Assembly: GCA_965203575.1 (NCBI GenBank)
Contig: OZ241894.1
Coordinates: 2,380,322-2,444,321 of the forward strand
Origin: Candidatus Aldehydirespirator sp.
GTDB lineage: Bacteria; Actinomycetota; Acidimicrobiia; Acidimicrobiales; Aldehydirespiratoraceae
Direction: 5' to 3'
DNA length: 64,000 bases
Both the position numbers and the translations under genes were made by a program. Of this stretch, positions 18,892-28,065 are shown piece by piece (position 1 is the stretch's first letter; each line of letters opens with the position of its first letter). The notes beneath the pieces are model-generated. The model had not been told where the DNA came from. It did not search any database and was given only the letters and a program-made list of their open reading frames with translations.

Positions 18892-19890
18892 ATGACAGAC
18901 GACTCCGCCGCGGCCGGGCGGCTGCTTCCTGCCCACCAATGGCTGGCGCGGCGGCGCCGGGATCCGGGCCTGCGTCAATACGTGGTGTACGCGGCCGCGG
19001 TGCTCATCTTCGGGATGTTCGCCGTCATCCTCGCCGACGACGGGTTCCTCACCGCCTCCAACCTGCTCAACATCGGCCGCCAGGCTGCTCCGATCGCGGT
19101 GATGGCGGTGGGCATGACCTTCGCTCTGGCTGCGGCCGAGATCGACCTGTCGGTCGGAGCGACCTGTGCCCTGTCATCGCTGGTAGCCGCCGAGGCGGTG
19201 GGGAGCTACGGGTTCGTGGCCGGCGCCGCGGTGGCGCTGGCAGTCGGCGCCGGCATCGGGCTCGTCAACGGCGCCATCGCCGTCAAGGTGCGCATCCCGT
19301 CGTTCCTGGTGACGCTGGGGATGCTGGGGATCGTCAGCGGCATAGCCCGCAACATGAACAACCTGCAGTCGCTGCCGATCCGCAACGACACCTTCCTGGC
19401 CGTCTTCGGGGCCGGATCGGTGGGGCCCATCTCGTCGCTGCTCATCTGGACCGTCGTGGTCGGACTGATCGGGCACCTCGTACTGCACCAGCTCCGGTGG
19501 GGCCGCCACGTGCTGTCGGTGGGCGCCGACCGCGCCGCGGCAGGCGCGCTCGGCATCAACACGGATCGCATCCGCATCACCGCGCTGATGACCAGCGCAG
19601 CCGCGGCCTCGTTCGCGGGCGTGCTGCTGGCCGGACGGCTGGCGATCGGGCGCCACGACCTGGGCGAGAACCTGCTGCTCACGGTGATTGCCGCGGTGGT
19701 CATCGGCGGCACCAACCTGTTCGGCGGCCGGGCCTCGGTGGCCGGCGCCATAGCGGGGTCGGTGGTCATGGCCATGCTCAACAACGGCCTGATCCTCATG
19801 GGCTTGCGGGTCGCCGACCAGCTGATCGCCCGGGGCGTGATCATCATCCTGGCGGTGGCGCTGAGCATGCGAGAGCAGAAGGAGACGTGA
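18892..19890 (+). CDS. sugar ABC transporter permease (RbsC/BPD type)
   Basis: About 9-10 TM helices; typical ribose/xylose-family permease sequence (...GGTNLFGGRASVAGAIAGSVVMAMLNNGL...). Confidence 0.85.
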   Translation: MTDDSAAAGRLLPAHQWLARRRRDPGLRQYVVYAAAVLIFGMFAVILADDGFLTASNLLNIGRQAAPIAVMAVGMTFALAAAEIDLSVGATCALSSLVAAEAVGSYGFVAGAAVALAVGAGIGLVNGAIAVKVRIPSFLVTLGMLGIVSGIARNMNNLQSLPIRNDTFLAVFGAGSVGPISSLLIWTVVVGLIGHLVLHQLRWGRHVLSVGADRAAAGALGINTDRIRITALMTSAAAASFAGVLLAGRLAIGRHDLGENLLLTVIAAVVIGGTNLFGGRASVAGAIAGSVVMAMLNNGLILMGLRVADQLIARGVIIILAVALSMREQKET

Positions 19891-19940
19891 TGGGGGAGCG
19901 GGCGGTGGCGCTCAGCACGCGAGAGCAGAAGGAGGCCTGA
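19851..19940. repeat. imperfect 40-nt duplication (period 50 nt) of the permease 3' end
   Basis: 19851-19890 ggcggtggcgctgagcatgcgagagcagaaggagacgtga versus 19901-19940 ggcggtggcgctcagcacgcgagagcagaaggaggcctga (36/40); both end in TGA. Confidence 0.9.
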
Positions 19941-19941
19941 C

Positions 19942-21150
19942 GTGTTCCTGCAGCCGCTGCTGAGGCGCAACCCGCAGTTCGTTGAAGCCGCAGTCGAGTT
20001 CCATCAAGCGGGACGGATACCGGCCAACAGCTGCGTTCTCGACCTCGACGCGATCGAGACGAACACGGCTGGACTGTGCCGGCAAGCCCGTCGGCTGGGA
20101 CTCACCGTCTACGCCATGACCAAGCAGATCGGCCGGGCCCCGGCGGCGCTGGCTGCCATGACCGCCGGCGGTGTCGACGGCTATGTCGCTGTGGACATGG
20201 CCTGCGCCCGACCGATCGCCCGCCACGGCCACAACCTCGGCCACGTCGGCCATCTCGTGCAGGTGCCCCGAGCCGAGGCCGGCGAGGCTGCCGGGCTCGA
20301 GCCCGACTACTGGACGATCTTCTCTGAGAACAAGGCCGAGGAGGCCGCGGCCGCGGCCCGTCGTCTCGGGCGGTCCCAGCGGCTGCTGGTGCGGGTGTTC
20401 GCCGAAGGGGACACGTTCTACGCCGGCCACGAGGGCGGTGTCGGGCTGGACGACCTGCCCGCCATGATCGATCGCATCGCCGGGATGGAGGGAGCCGAGT
20501 TCGCCGGATTGACCACCTTCCCGGCGCTGCTGTTCGACTCCGCTTCGGGCGGGGCCCGCCTCACCCCAAACGCCGCGACGCTGGCCCGGGCTGCGGAGAT
20601 CGCCCGTGGCCACCCCGCCTGCCCACCGACGCTGGAGATCAACGCGCCCGGCACCACCTCGACCGAGGTGCTCGGCATGCTGGCCGAGGCCGGCGCCACC
20701 CAGGTCGAGCCCGGCCACGGACTCACCGGCACGACTCCCCTCCATGGGGTGCGGGACCTTCTGGAGCAGCCCGCGGTGCTCTACCTCAGCGAGGTGGCCC
20801 ACATCCACCAGGGCGTGCCGCTCTGCTTCGGCGGGGGGCTGTACGTCGACCCGGTGTTCGGCGACTACGACGTGCGAGCCGCTGTCGCCCACGACCCGTC
20901 GGAGGTCTCGACGGAACCGGTGCCGGTGGACATGCCCGCCCCGGCGGCCATCGACTACTACGCCAGACTCCACCCCGGCGAGAGCCGGACTGTGGCCGAG
21001 GGCGCCACCGTCGTCTTCGGTTTCCGGGTCCAGGCCTTCGTCACCAGGACGTTGATCGTGGGCCTCACCGGCGTTTCTTCCGGCCGGGCGCAGGTGGCGG
21101 GAGTCTGGAACGGCTTCGGGGACGAGGTCTCCGTCGGGGGCTCGAAGTGA
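19942..21150 (+). CDS. fold-type III PLP enzyme (alanine-racemase N-terminal domain family, YhfX-like)
   Basis: N-terminal ...CVLDLDAIETNTAGLCRQARRLGLTVYAMTKQIGR... with a candidate PLP lysine in a TIM-barrel context. The YhfX resemblance is from memory only. Confidence 0.45.
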   Translation: MFLQPLLRRNPQFVEAAVEFHQAGRIPANSCVLDLDAIETNTAGLCRQARRLGLTVYAMTKQIGRAPAALAAMTAGGVDGYVAVDMACARPIARHGHNLGHVGHLVQVPRAEAGEAAGLEPDYWTIFSENKAEEAAAAARRLGRSQRLLVRVFAEGDTFYAGHEGGVGLDDLPAMIDRIAGMEGAEFAGLTTFPALLFDSASGGARLTPNAATLARAAEIARGHPACPPTLEINAPGTTSTEVLGMLAEAGATQVEPGHGLTGTTPLHGVRDLLEQPAVLYLSEVAHIHQGVPLCFGGGLYVDPVFGDYDVRAAVAHDPSEVSTEPVPVDMPAPAAIDYYARLHPGESRTVAEGATVVFGFRVQAFVTRTLIVGLTGVSSGRAQVAGVWNGFGDEVSVGGSK

Positions 21151-21926
21151 CGGGCGCGGCCGGCACCCCCGCACTCGAGGTCGAGGGCCTGTGCAAGTCG
21201 TTCCGGGCCGTGCAGGCGCTCGATCATGTGGCGCTGAGCCTCCACTACGGCCGGGTCACGGCCCTGCTGGGCGACAACGGCGCGGGCAAGTCGACGCTGG
21301 TCAAGTGCATCTCCGGCGTGTACGCGCCCGACGCGGGCGTCGTCAAGGTCGACGGGACCGTCCAGGCGGTCGCATCGCCCGAGGCGGCCCGGTCGCTGGG
21401 CATCGAGACCGTCCATCAGACGTTGGCCGTGATCGACCCCCTCGATGTGGTCGAGAACCTCTTTCTCAACCGGGAGCACACCCGCGGCGGGCGGCTCGGC
21501 GCCTGGCTCGGGGTGCTCGACAAGAAGCGCATGCGGGCCGAGTCCGGCGAGATCCTGGGGAGACTCGACATTCGCATCCCGTCGTTGCGCCGGTCGATGA
21601 GCGCCCTGTCGGGCGGCCAGCGCCAAGCGGTGGCCATCGGCCGGGCGGCCGCATGGGGACAGCAGATCGTCCTGCTCGACGAGCCCGCGGCTGCACTGGG
21701 TGTGGAGCAGGCGGCCCGGGTGCTCGACCTCATCCGCAGCCTGCGCGACGCCGGCGTGGCGGTCCTGTTGATCACTCACAACATGGACCGCGTCACCGAG
21801 GTCTGCGACCGCGCCGTGGTGCTGCGCCAGGGCCGCAAGACCGCCGAGGTGGACGTGGGCGAGGTGACCAAGGACGACCTGGTCGCCTACATCACCGGCG
21901 CCAGAACGGGCGACCTGGGTCCATGA
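21147..21926 (+). CDS. sugar ABC transporter ATP-binding protein
   Basis: Walker A GDNGAGKST, LSGGQRQAVAIGRA signature, Walker B VLLDEP; GTGA overlap with the upstream gene. Confidence 0.85.
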   Translation: MTGAAGTPALEVEGLCKSFRAVQALDHVALSLHYGRVTALLGDNGAGKSTLVKCISGVYAPDAGVVKVDGTVQAVASPEAARSLGIETVHQTLAVIDPLDVVENLFLNREHTRGGRLGAWLGVLDKKRMRAESGEILGRLDIRIPSLRRSMSALSGGQRQAVAIGRAAAWGQQIVLLDEPAAALGVEQAARVLDLIRSLRDAGVAVLLITHNMDRVTEVCDRAVVLRQGRKTAEVDVGEVTKDDLVAYITGARTGDLGP

Positions 21927-22705
21927 GCGCAGGATCCGACATGCAGCTCGGCATAGATGTCGGGGGCACCAGCATCAAGGGCGCGGTGGTCGATCTGGAC
22001 ACAGGCGAACTGGCCGGGGCCATCCGCTCCGAGCCGACGCCTGAGACGGCGACGCCCGGTGACGTCGCATCCGCCATCGGTCGCATCGCGTCGGCGGTGG
22101 GCTGGTCCGGCCCGGTCGGTGTGGCCCTGCCGGGCGTCATCGACGGGTCGTTGCTGCGCCATGCCCCCAATCTCTCCGGCGCGTTCGAGGAGAATGGTGC
22201 GCTGGCCTGCCTGCGGTCGGAGGAGGGCGCCAACGCGGTGCTCATCAACGACGCCGATGCCGCGGGGCTGGCCGAGCTGACCTACGGCGACGCCGGACTC
22301 GACCGGGACGGGCTGACCATCGTGCTGACCTTCGGAACGGGCATAGGCAGCGCGCTGCTTCACAACGGCGATCTCATCGCCAACTCGGAGCTGGGCGGCC
22401 TAGTCGGCACCAACGGGCGCTTCGAGGAGATCGCCTCCGGGAGGGCGATCTCCACCGAGGAGCTCTCCCCGGTCGAATGGGCCCGGCGGGCCCAGCCCTT
22501 CTTCGACGAGCTGGAGGCCATGCTCAACCCGTCCCGCTGGGTGGTGGGCGGGGGACTGAGCGAGAACTTCGACCGCTTCGCGTCGAGGCTCAAGCTGTCC
22601 AAGCCCATCACGGCCGCCCACCTCGGCGTGCACGCCGGCGTAGTCGGCGCCGCTGTCGCCGTGCGCCGCGCCGGACGCGGCACCGCGGGCACCGCGACAC
22701 AGTGA
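21923..22705 (+). CDS. ppgK: ROK-family glucokinase (polyphosphate glucokinase-like)
   Basis: MQLGIDVGGTSIKGAVVDL ATP/phosphate-binding motif; about 260 aa as for PpgK; ATGA overlap with the upstream ABC ATPase. Confidence 0.65.
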   Translation: MSAGSDMQLGIDVGGTSIKGAVVDLDTGELAGAIRSEPTPETATPGDVASAIGRIASAVGWSGPVGVALPGVIDGSLLRHAPNLSGAFEENGALACLRSEEGANAVLINDADAAGLAELTYGDAGLDRDGLTIVLTFGTGIGSALLHNGDLIANSELGGLVGTNGRFEEIASGRAISTEELSPVEWARRAQPFFDELEAMLNPSRWVVGGGLSENFDRFASRLKLSKPITAAHLGVHAGVVGAAVAVRRAGRGTAGTATQ

Positions 22706-23475
22706 GGGTCGTCGTAAGCGAGTCTGCAGCCGCAGCCGCACGGGTGGTCGCTGATCTCGTCGAGCGGTACATGACTTCCGCGCCGCGGCCTGCTCTAGGC
22801 CTGGCCACCGGCGAGACGATGGAGGCGGTGTTCGTCGAACTGGTGCGGCGCCACCGTGAGCAGGGCCTGAGCTTCGCTCGCGTCGACGCCTATCTTCTCG
22901 ACGAGTACCTGGATGTCGCCCACGACGATCGGTGCGCCTACCGCAACGTGGTGCACCGGCTGCTGGCCGGTCAGGTCGACATGGACTCCGGCGCCGTCCA
23001 CGGCCCCAACCCCCAAGCGCCTGATGTGGTCGCGGAGTGCGCCCGCTACGAGCGGCAGGTGCGGGAGGCCTCCATCGGGCTGCAGCTGCTGGGCATCGGA
23101 GCCAACGGCCACATCGCCTTCAACGAGCCGGGATCTCCGCTGGACAGCGCTACCCGTGTGGTCGAGTTGAGCGAGCAGACCCGGGCCGACAACGCTCGCT
23201 TCTTCGGTGCGGGGCGGTCCGTGCCCGCCCGAGCCATCACCCAGGGCATCGCCACTATCAGTGCCGCCGCCCGACTGGTGCTGATCGCCTGCGGGGAGCA
23301 CAAGGCCCAGGCCGTGGCCCGAGCCCTGGAGGGTCCTGTGGCCCCACGAGTCCCCGCCTCAGCCATCCAGCGCCATCGCAGCGTCACCGTGGTGCTCGAC
23401 GCTCCCGCAGCGTCCCGCTTGCGGCGATGCAACGAACGGACCGTCCCGGTCGGGTCGAAGGTTCCCCTCGCCTGA
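22702..23475 (+). CDS. nagB: glucosamine-6-phosphate deaminase
   Basis: LGLATGETM and GIGANGHIAFNEPGS signature; GTG start overlapping the previous stop. Confidence 0.85.
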   Translation: MRVVVSESAAAAARVVADLVERYMTSAPRPALGLATGETMEAVFVELVRRHREQGLSFARVDAYLLDEYLDVAHDDRCAYRNVVHRLLAGQVDMDSGAVHGPNPQAPDVVAECARYERQVREASIGLQLLGIGANGHIAFNEPGSPLDSATRVVELSEQTRADNARFFGAGRSVPARAITQGIATISAAARLVLIACGEHKAQAVARALEGPVAPRVPASAIQRHRSVTVVLDAPAASRLRRCNERTVPVGSKVPLA

Positions 23476-23499
23476 GTAGGGGTCGAGGCCCTGCTGGGC

Positions 23500-24681
23500 T
23501 CAGAGGCCGTGCAGCGGCGAGCGGTGCAGTCGGTGCCAGGGGACTAGCAGGCCGTCGCTGCGTTCCTGCGGGTCGTCGCCTCCGTAGACGCAGACGACGC
23601 CGGCATCGGGATGCAGTTCCGCGAGATGGCCTCGTACCCTGCGGGCGCCGGCCAGCAGGCTCGACGACGGTGTGGCAGAGGACTTGGCCTCTACCAGCGA
23701 CAGCCCCGCCGGGTGTTCGATGACGAGGTCCACCTCGGCGCCGTTGCGATCCCGGTAGAACGACAGACCGCCCGTCAGGCCTCGGTTGGCCCGGTGCTTG
23801 GCGACCTCGGAGACGACCCATGTCTCGAAGATCGCGCCGCGCAGCGGATGGGTCGCGAGCTGCTCTGGTTCGCGGATGCCCAGCAACCAGCACACCAGGC
23901 CGGTGTCGTAGAAGTGCAGTCTCGGCATCTTCACGATCCGCTTGCGCAGCCTGGCGTGGAAGGCGGGAAGGCGGAAGGCGACGAAGCCCGCTTCCAGGAT
24001 GCTCAGCCACGCCTTGGCCGTGGGCTGGGAGACTCCGCAGTCGTCGGCCAGCGACGAGTAGTTGACGAGTTGCGCGGTCCGGCCCGCGCACAACTGCACG
24101 AACCTCTGGAACGCAGCGAGGTCGCCCACGTTGGTCACCGTGCGCACGTCGCGCTCGATGTACGTGGCCACATACGCGCTCAGCCACTCGACGGGATCGA
24201 GGCCCCGGTCGAAGATGGCGGGGTACCCCCCCGTGAACAGGGCCTCGTCGAGGCTGGCCGGGTGCTCAGCGAAGCGCAGAACCTCGCTGCGGGCGAGCGG
24301 TAGGAGGTGCAGGACCGCAGTGCGCCCAGCGAGCGACTGGCTGACCGACTCGACGAGGGCGAGGTTCTGCGATCCTGTGAGGATCCATCGCCCGGGCGTG
24401 GGGTCTGCGTCGATTGCACCCTGGAGATACGACAGCAGGTCGGGCACTCGCTGCACTTCGTCGATGACGGCGCCGTCCGGGTACTGGCCGAGGAAGGCCC
24501 TCGGGTCCTCCGACGCGAACGCACGCACGTCGGGCGACTCCAGACTGGCATAGGCATGTTGGGGGAAGAGCCTCCGGCATAGCGTCGTCTTGCCGCTCTG
24601 GCGCGGTCCGGTCAGTGTGATCGCAGGCCAACCGGCGGCGGCCCGTTCCAGCCGCGCCGTCAGATCACGTTCGATGATCAC
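23500..24681 (-). CDS. AAA ATPase with C-terminal DUF4143-like domain
   Basis: Walker A LTGPRQSGKTTL; overall architecture of the ATPase+DUF4143 family common in mobile or accessory regions. Confidence 0.75.
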   Translation of the reverse strand: MIIERDLTARLERAAAGWPAITLTGPRQSGKTTLCRRLFPQHAYASLESPDVRAFASEDPRAFLGQYPDGAVIDEVQRVPDLLSYLQGAIDADPTPGRWILTGSQNLALVESVSQSLAGRTAVLHLLPLARSEVLRFAEHPASLDEALFTGGYPAIFDRGLDPVEWLSAYVATYIERDVRTVTNVGDLAAFQRFVQLCAGRTAQLVNYSSLADDCGVSQPTAKAWLSILEAGFVAFRLPAFHARLRKRIVKMPRLHFYDTGLVCWLLGIREPEQLATHPLRGAIFETWVVSEVAKHRANRGLTGGLSFYRDRNGAEVDLVIEHPAGLSLVEAKSSATPSSSLLAGARRVRGHLAELHPDAGVVCVYGGDDPQERSDGLLVPWHRLHRSPLHGL

Positions 24682-25073
24682 AGCTTGAGCCTAGCCAGAG
24701 CTAGACTGTTTCAAAGTAGTGTTTTGAGATGGCCCATAGCTCTGTGTCTCCAATGGCTGCGTACACCCGCCGGGTGCTCAGGGGCATGGTGGCCGCTGGC
24801 ACCCTGGAGGTCGTACCCCGCACCGGCAGCCGTGCCAGGCTCTACCGGGTGGTCGACGGCTCCCCGTAGAACGCGAAATAAGGGGCCTGGAGCGACGTTG
24901 GAGGTCGAGGGTGCCCTGAACCCCTCCCGGACCCTCCACGTCGTTCCTGGCGCGTCTGGGTGGTTCTCTGGGCGGATACGGGTGGACCTGGGACCCCAGG
25001 AACCAGAAACCCCCGCCCTCCCCGACCCTACCACCGGCACCCCCGCTCAAGATGAGGGCTAGTCTGGAAGCCA

Positions 25074-25319
25074 ATGTGGCCTACCGCTTCCGTTCTCGTT
25101 CTCACCGGGCTGTATGTCGGGCAGATCGTGGCAGTGGTGGCGTTCGCCGCTTTGGGGGTCGCGGGGCTTGTGCCTGCCTGGGCCGCTTGGACTGTGGTGC
25201 TCATCTTCGCGGCCTCGTTCCTGGTGCCCGAGCTGCTCGGTCCGCTGCCCATAGTGGCTGCCGCGGTGGCTGCGGTGTGGTCCATCGTTGTCGCCGTCGA
25301 GCAGGGACTGATCCTCTAG
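25074..25319 (+). CDS. small hydrophobic membrane protein
   Basis: 81-aa ORF, 2-3 predicted TM helices; no homology recognised. Confidence 0.4.
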   Translation: MWPTASVLVLTGLYVGQIVAVVAFAALGVAGLVPAWAAWTVVLIFAASFLVPELLGPLPIVAAAVAAVWSIVVAVEQGLIL

Positions 25320-25330
25320 CAGGTGGAGGC

Positions 25331-25555
25331 ATGTACCTATTGCGGGCTCTCGCCTTCTACGCGGTCAAGACCATCATTTATGCCGCCTACGCCGCCCTCG
25401 GTGCCGGGCTCGGCTGGTTCGCTGTTTACGTCGTCGGTCTCAACGGGTCCGTCGTGATCTACGCCGCCCTGCTCATCATGCTCTACCCCACCAGAGCTGC
25501 CCGTGCCCGATTGCGTCAGCGGTTCGGTAAGGATGCTGTACGGTCAGGGCCGTGA
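25331..25555 (+). CDS. small hydrophobic membrane protein
   Basis: ATG at 25331 preceded by aggtggagg (RBS). MYLLRALAFYAVKTIIYAAYAALGAGLGWFAVYVVGLNGSVVIYAALLIMLY..., two TM helices. Confidence 0.5.
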   Translation: MYLLRALAFYAVKTIIYAAYAALGAGLGWFAVYVVGLNGSVVIYAALLIMLYPTRAARARLRQRFGKDAVRSGP

Positions 25556-25563
25556 GCACCAGT

Positions 25564-25592
25564 AACCCCCCGCCCTGGTCGGGCGGGGGGTT
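25564..25592. terminator. perfect 12-bp stem / 5-nt loop hairpin between convergent genes
   Basis: aaccccccgccc tggtc gggcggggggtt; no clear U-tract. Confidence 0.55.
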
Positions 25593-25631
25593 CCCGGTCA
25601 TTCACCTTGCCCGGTCGGGACCGGGAGCGGG

Positions 25632-25979
25632 TCAGCGTAGCAAGTGGTCGGCCCACGCCTCCATGACTGGCCTGCGGGCCTCCAGGAGGTCCGAGCGCTG
25701 GTAGGCACCCTCCACGCCGGGCACCACGTGACCTAGTGCGGTCTCGGCAACCTCGCGGGCTACCCCGGTGCCCGCGCACCAGGACCGGAACGCCGACCGC
25801 AACCCGTGGACCGTGCCCCGCTCGGGGTTCTCCACCTTCTGCCAGGTGCGCCGCAGCGCCACCGGGGTGAGCGTGTCACCACGGGGGGCCGGGAACACCA
25901 GACCCTCGCCCTCGGTGGTACGCCGACTAGACCCGTGCTGCCGGTAGTTCACTACCCATCCCTGGTGGTCGGAGAATAC
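25632..25979 (-). pseudogene. tyrosine recombinase (phage integrase family) C-terminal remnant
   Basis: ...LVFPAPRGDTLTPVALRRTWQKV...GTVHGLRSAFRSWCAGTGVAREVAETALGHVVPGVEGAYQRSDLLEARRPVMEAWADHL holds the HxxR...H...Y catalytic C-terminus. The N-terminal and box I region is absent (the FAH gene starts at 26031). The rest of the 365-aa track ORF is antisense to FAH. Confidence 0.7.
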
Positions 25980-26030
25980 GATGGAGCGGCATGTCGGCCA
26001 CCATCTCTCCGCTCTGTTGACCGATTTCCG

Positions 26031-26807
26031 ATGCGGTACGGACGAATCTCTATCGACGGCGAGACCCGCTGGGTCCGGGTGGACAACGACGCGGTCCATG
26101 TGCTGCGCAGTTCTCCCCTCGAGGGCGACCCCGTCGTCGAGCGGTCCCGAGCGCTCGAGGGGTTGGCCTTCCTGCCGCCGGTGGTGCCGTTCGTGTTCTA
26201 CGCGGTCGGCCTGAACTACCGGCGTCACATCGAGGAGCAGATAGCGGCGGGACGGGACGTCGCCGTGCCTGATCGCCCGGAGGTGGGTTACCGGGCGAAC
26301 AATGCGTTGATCGGGCATGGCGAGCCCATACTCGTGCCGCCCGACGTGACCGGCCGTTTCGAGGCCGAGGGCGAGGTCGTGGCCGTTCTCGGCCGCCGCC
26401 TGCGCAACGCGTCGCGGGCCGAGGCGCAGGAGTCGGTGTTCGGCTGGACGATCGGCAACGACGTGAGCGCCCGCGAGTGGCAGCGCTCCGACCGCTCGTT
26501 CTGGCGGAGCAAGAACAGCGACACCTTCAAGCCCATGGGCCCCTGGATCGAGACCGACGTCGACCCCATGGCCCAGACCACCACGGTCCGGGTCGACGGC
26601 CACGTTCAAGCCGAATTCGCCACCGGCGACATGGTCTTCGACCCGTGGGACTTCATCGTCGAGGCGTCCCGCTACATCACCTTCCATCCCGGAGACGTGC
26701 TGTGGATGGGAGCCGACTCGACCTGCCATCTCACACCGGGAGACACCGTCGACGTCGAGGTCACCGGCATCGGCGTGCTCTCGAACCCGGTCCGGCTAGC
26801 CAACTGA
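26031..26807 (+). CDS. fumarylacetoacetate hydrolase (FAH) family protein
   Basis: MRYGRISIDGETRWVRV... then ...YAVGLNYRRHIEE... and Ca/Mg-ligand-rich C-terminal domain (FEAEGEVVAV, WTIGNDVSAREWQ). Confidence 0.8.
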   Translation: MRYGRISIDGETRWVRVDNDAVHVLRSSPLEGDPVVERSRALEGLAFLPPVVPFVFYAVGLNYRRHIEEQIAAGRDVAVPDRPEVGYRANNALIGHGEPILVPPDVTGRFEAEGEVVAVLGRRLRNASRAEAQESVFGWTIGNDVSAREWQRSDRSFWRSKNSDTFKPMGPWIETDVDPMAQTTTVRVDGHVQAEFATGDMVFDPWDFIVEASRYITFHPGDVLWMGADSTCHLTPGDTVDVEVTGIGVLSNPVRLAN

Positions 26808-26871
26808 GACCGGGGAGTGAGGACGGCCCGGCCCAAGGTCGTGGTGCCGGCGGGCCGGTGACGGCCGGCGC

Positions 26872-27534
26872 TCAGGTTGGACGTCGGGCGATCAATGAGA
26901 GGCCGTCGCCTACGGGCAGCAGCGACACGAGCACCCGATCGTCGGCGAGGACGTGGGCGTTGAAGGCCCGGATCTCCTCGGTGGTGGAGTCGGCCTGGTC
27001 CGGGTCGGCAACATTGCCGTGCCAGAGCACGTTGTCCACCAGGATCACTCCTCGCTCCGACAGACGGGGAACCAACTCGGTGTAGTAGTCGATGTAGCCC
27101 CCTTTGTCGGCGTCGATGAAGGCGAGATCGACCTTCGGCTCGGTTGGCAGGGCTCGCAGCGTGTCGAGAGCCGGAGCGATGCGAAGATCGATGCGGTCGG
27201 CTACTCCGGCGCGTTTCCAGTGCTCGCTGGCGATTGCGGTCCACTCCTCAGAGATGTCGCAGCACAGCAGCCGGCCGCCCGGCGGCAGCGCCCTGGCCAC
27301 CGCAAGGGCCGAGTAGCCGGTGAATGTGCCGATCTCCACCGCGAACTGAGGTCGCAGCAGGCCGGTGAGAATCGTCATCAGGGTGCCCTGGGCCGGGCTT
27401 ATCTGCATGACGCTGGCGTCGCCGAGCTCGGCTGTGGCTGCTATCAGATCCCGCTGGACGTCGTCGGGGCCATCGGAGTAGTTCTCCACGTACTCGGCGA
27501 GAGCCTCGGCCAGAAGGACGTGTTCAGAACTCAT
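26872..27534 (-). CDS. class I SAM-dependent O-methyltransferase (caffeoyl-CoA OMT-like)
   Basis: VEIGTFTGYSALAVARAL SAM motif, FIDADKGGY and characteristic length (220 aa). Confidence 0.8.
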   Translation of the reverse strand: MSSEHVLLAEALAEYVENYSDGPDDVQRDLIAATAELGDASVMQISPAQGTLMTILTGLLRPQFAVEIGTFTGYSALAVARALPPGGRLLCCDISEEWTAIASEHWKRAGVADRIDLRIAPALDTLRALPTEPKVDLAFIDADKGGYIDYYTELVPRLSERGVILVDNVLWHGNVADPDQADSTTEEIRAFNAHVLADDRVLVSLLPVGDGLSLIARRPT

Positions 27535-27696
27535 GGCTCGTCGATGCTAACGACTGGTGCAGCGCGACCGCGTCGGCGGAGGAGAGCCGGCCGATCCGGT
27601 GGAGGATCCAGGAAAGCACCGGATATATTGAAATCAGACGAGTATCGCGACCCAGTCGTCCGGGCGCCGGATATCCGCTCACGCAGGAGGAGCACC

Positions 27697-28065
27697 ATGG
27701 CGCCGTTCGTGATGACCGCGGAGTTCGCGTTCTTCGGATTTGCCATGTTCAACATGGGGTTGATCGTCCCCTTGGCGAGGAACAGGTGGTACCGCTGGCG
27801 GATGCAGCGCGAGCGCGCCGGCCGCGGCGATGGCAGGACCATCACCAAGGACGACATCCGCGAGGAGCTGTGCCGCGACCCGGTGGCCATCGACATGTTC
27901 ATGAGCGACTGCACACCCGACGACGTGCAGAGGTACCTGTACCTGGAGGCCGAGCGCCGGGCGATCATGCGCAAGCGGAAGCAGCTCGCCGACCACGAGA
28001 ACGACTTCTTCGCCCCGCCGAGGCGTCCCGGCCCGGACCCGGGCTTCAGCGGCTGCCGGAGCTAG
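27697..28065 (+). CDS. hypothetical protein with N-terminal TM segment
   Basis: ATG 27697 preceded by gcaggaggag RBS; 122 aa; no family recognised. The track ORF 26953..28065 upstream part is antisense to the OMT gene. Confidence 0.5.
   Translation: MAPFVMTAEFAFFGFAMFNMGLIVPLARNRWYRWRMQRERAGRGDGRTITKDDIREELCRDPVAIDMFMSDCTPDDVQRYLYLEAERRAIMRKRKQLADHENDFFAPPRRPGPDPGFSGCRS

Noticed and set aside
24682-25073. Apparent gene-free stretch including a 38-codon ORF (24752-24868, MAAYTRRVLRGMVAAGTLEVVPRTGSRARLYRVVDGSP) that resembles the wing of a winged-helix protein
   Set aside because: Too short and without an RBS or partner domain to call; could be a pseudogene fragment. The track ORFs here on both strands look spurious.
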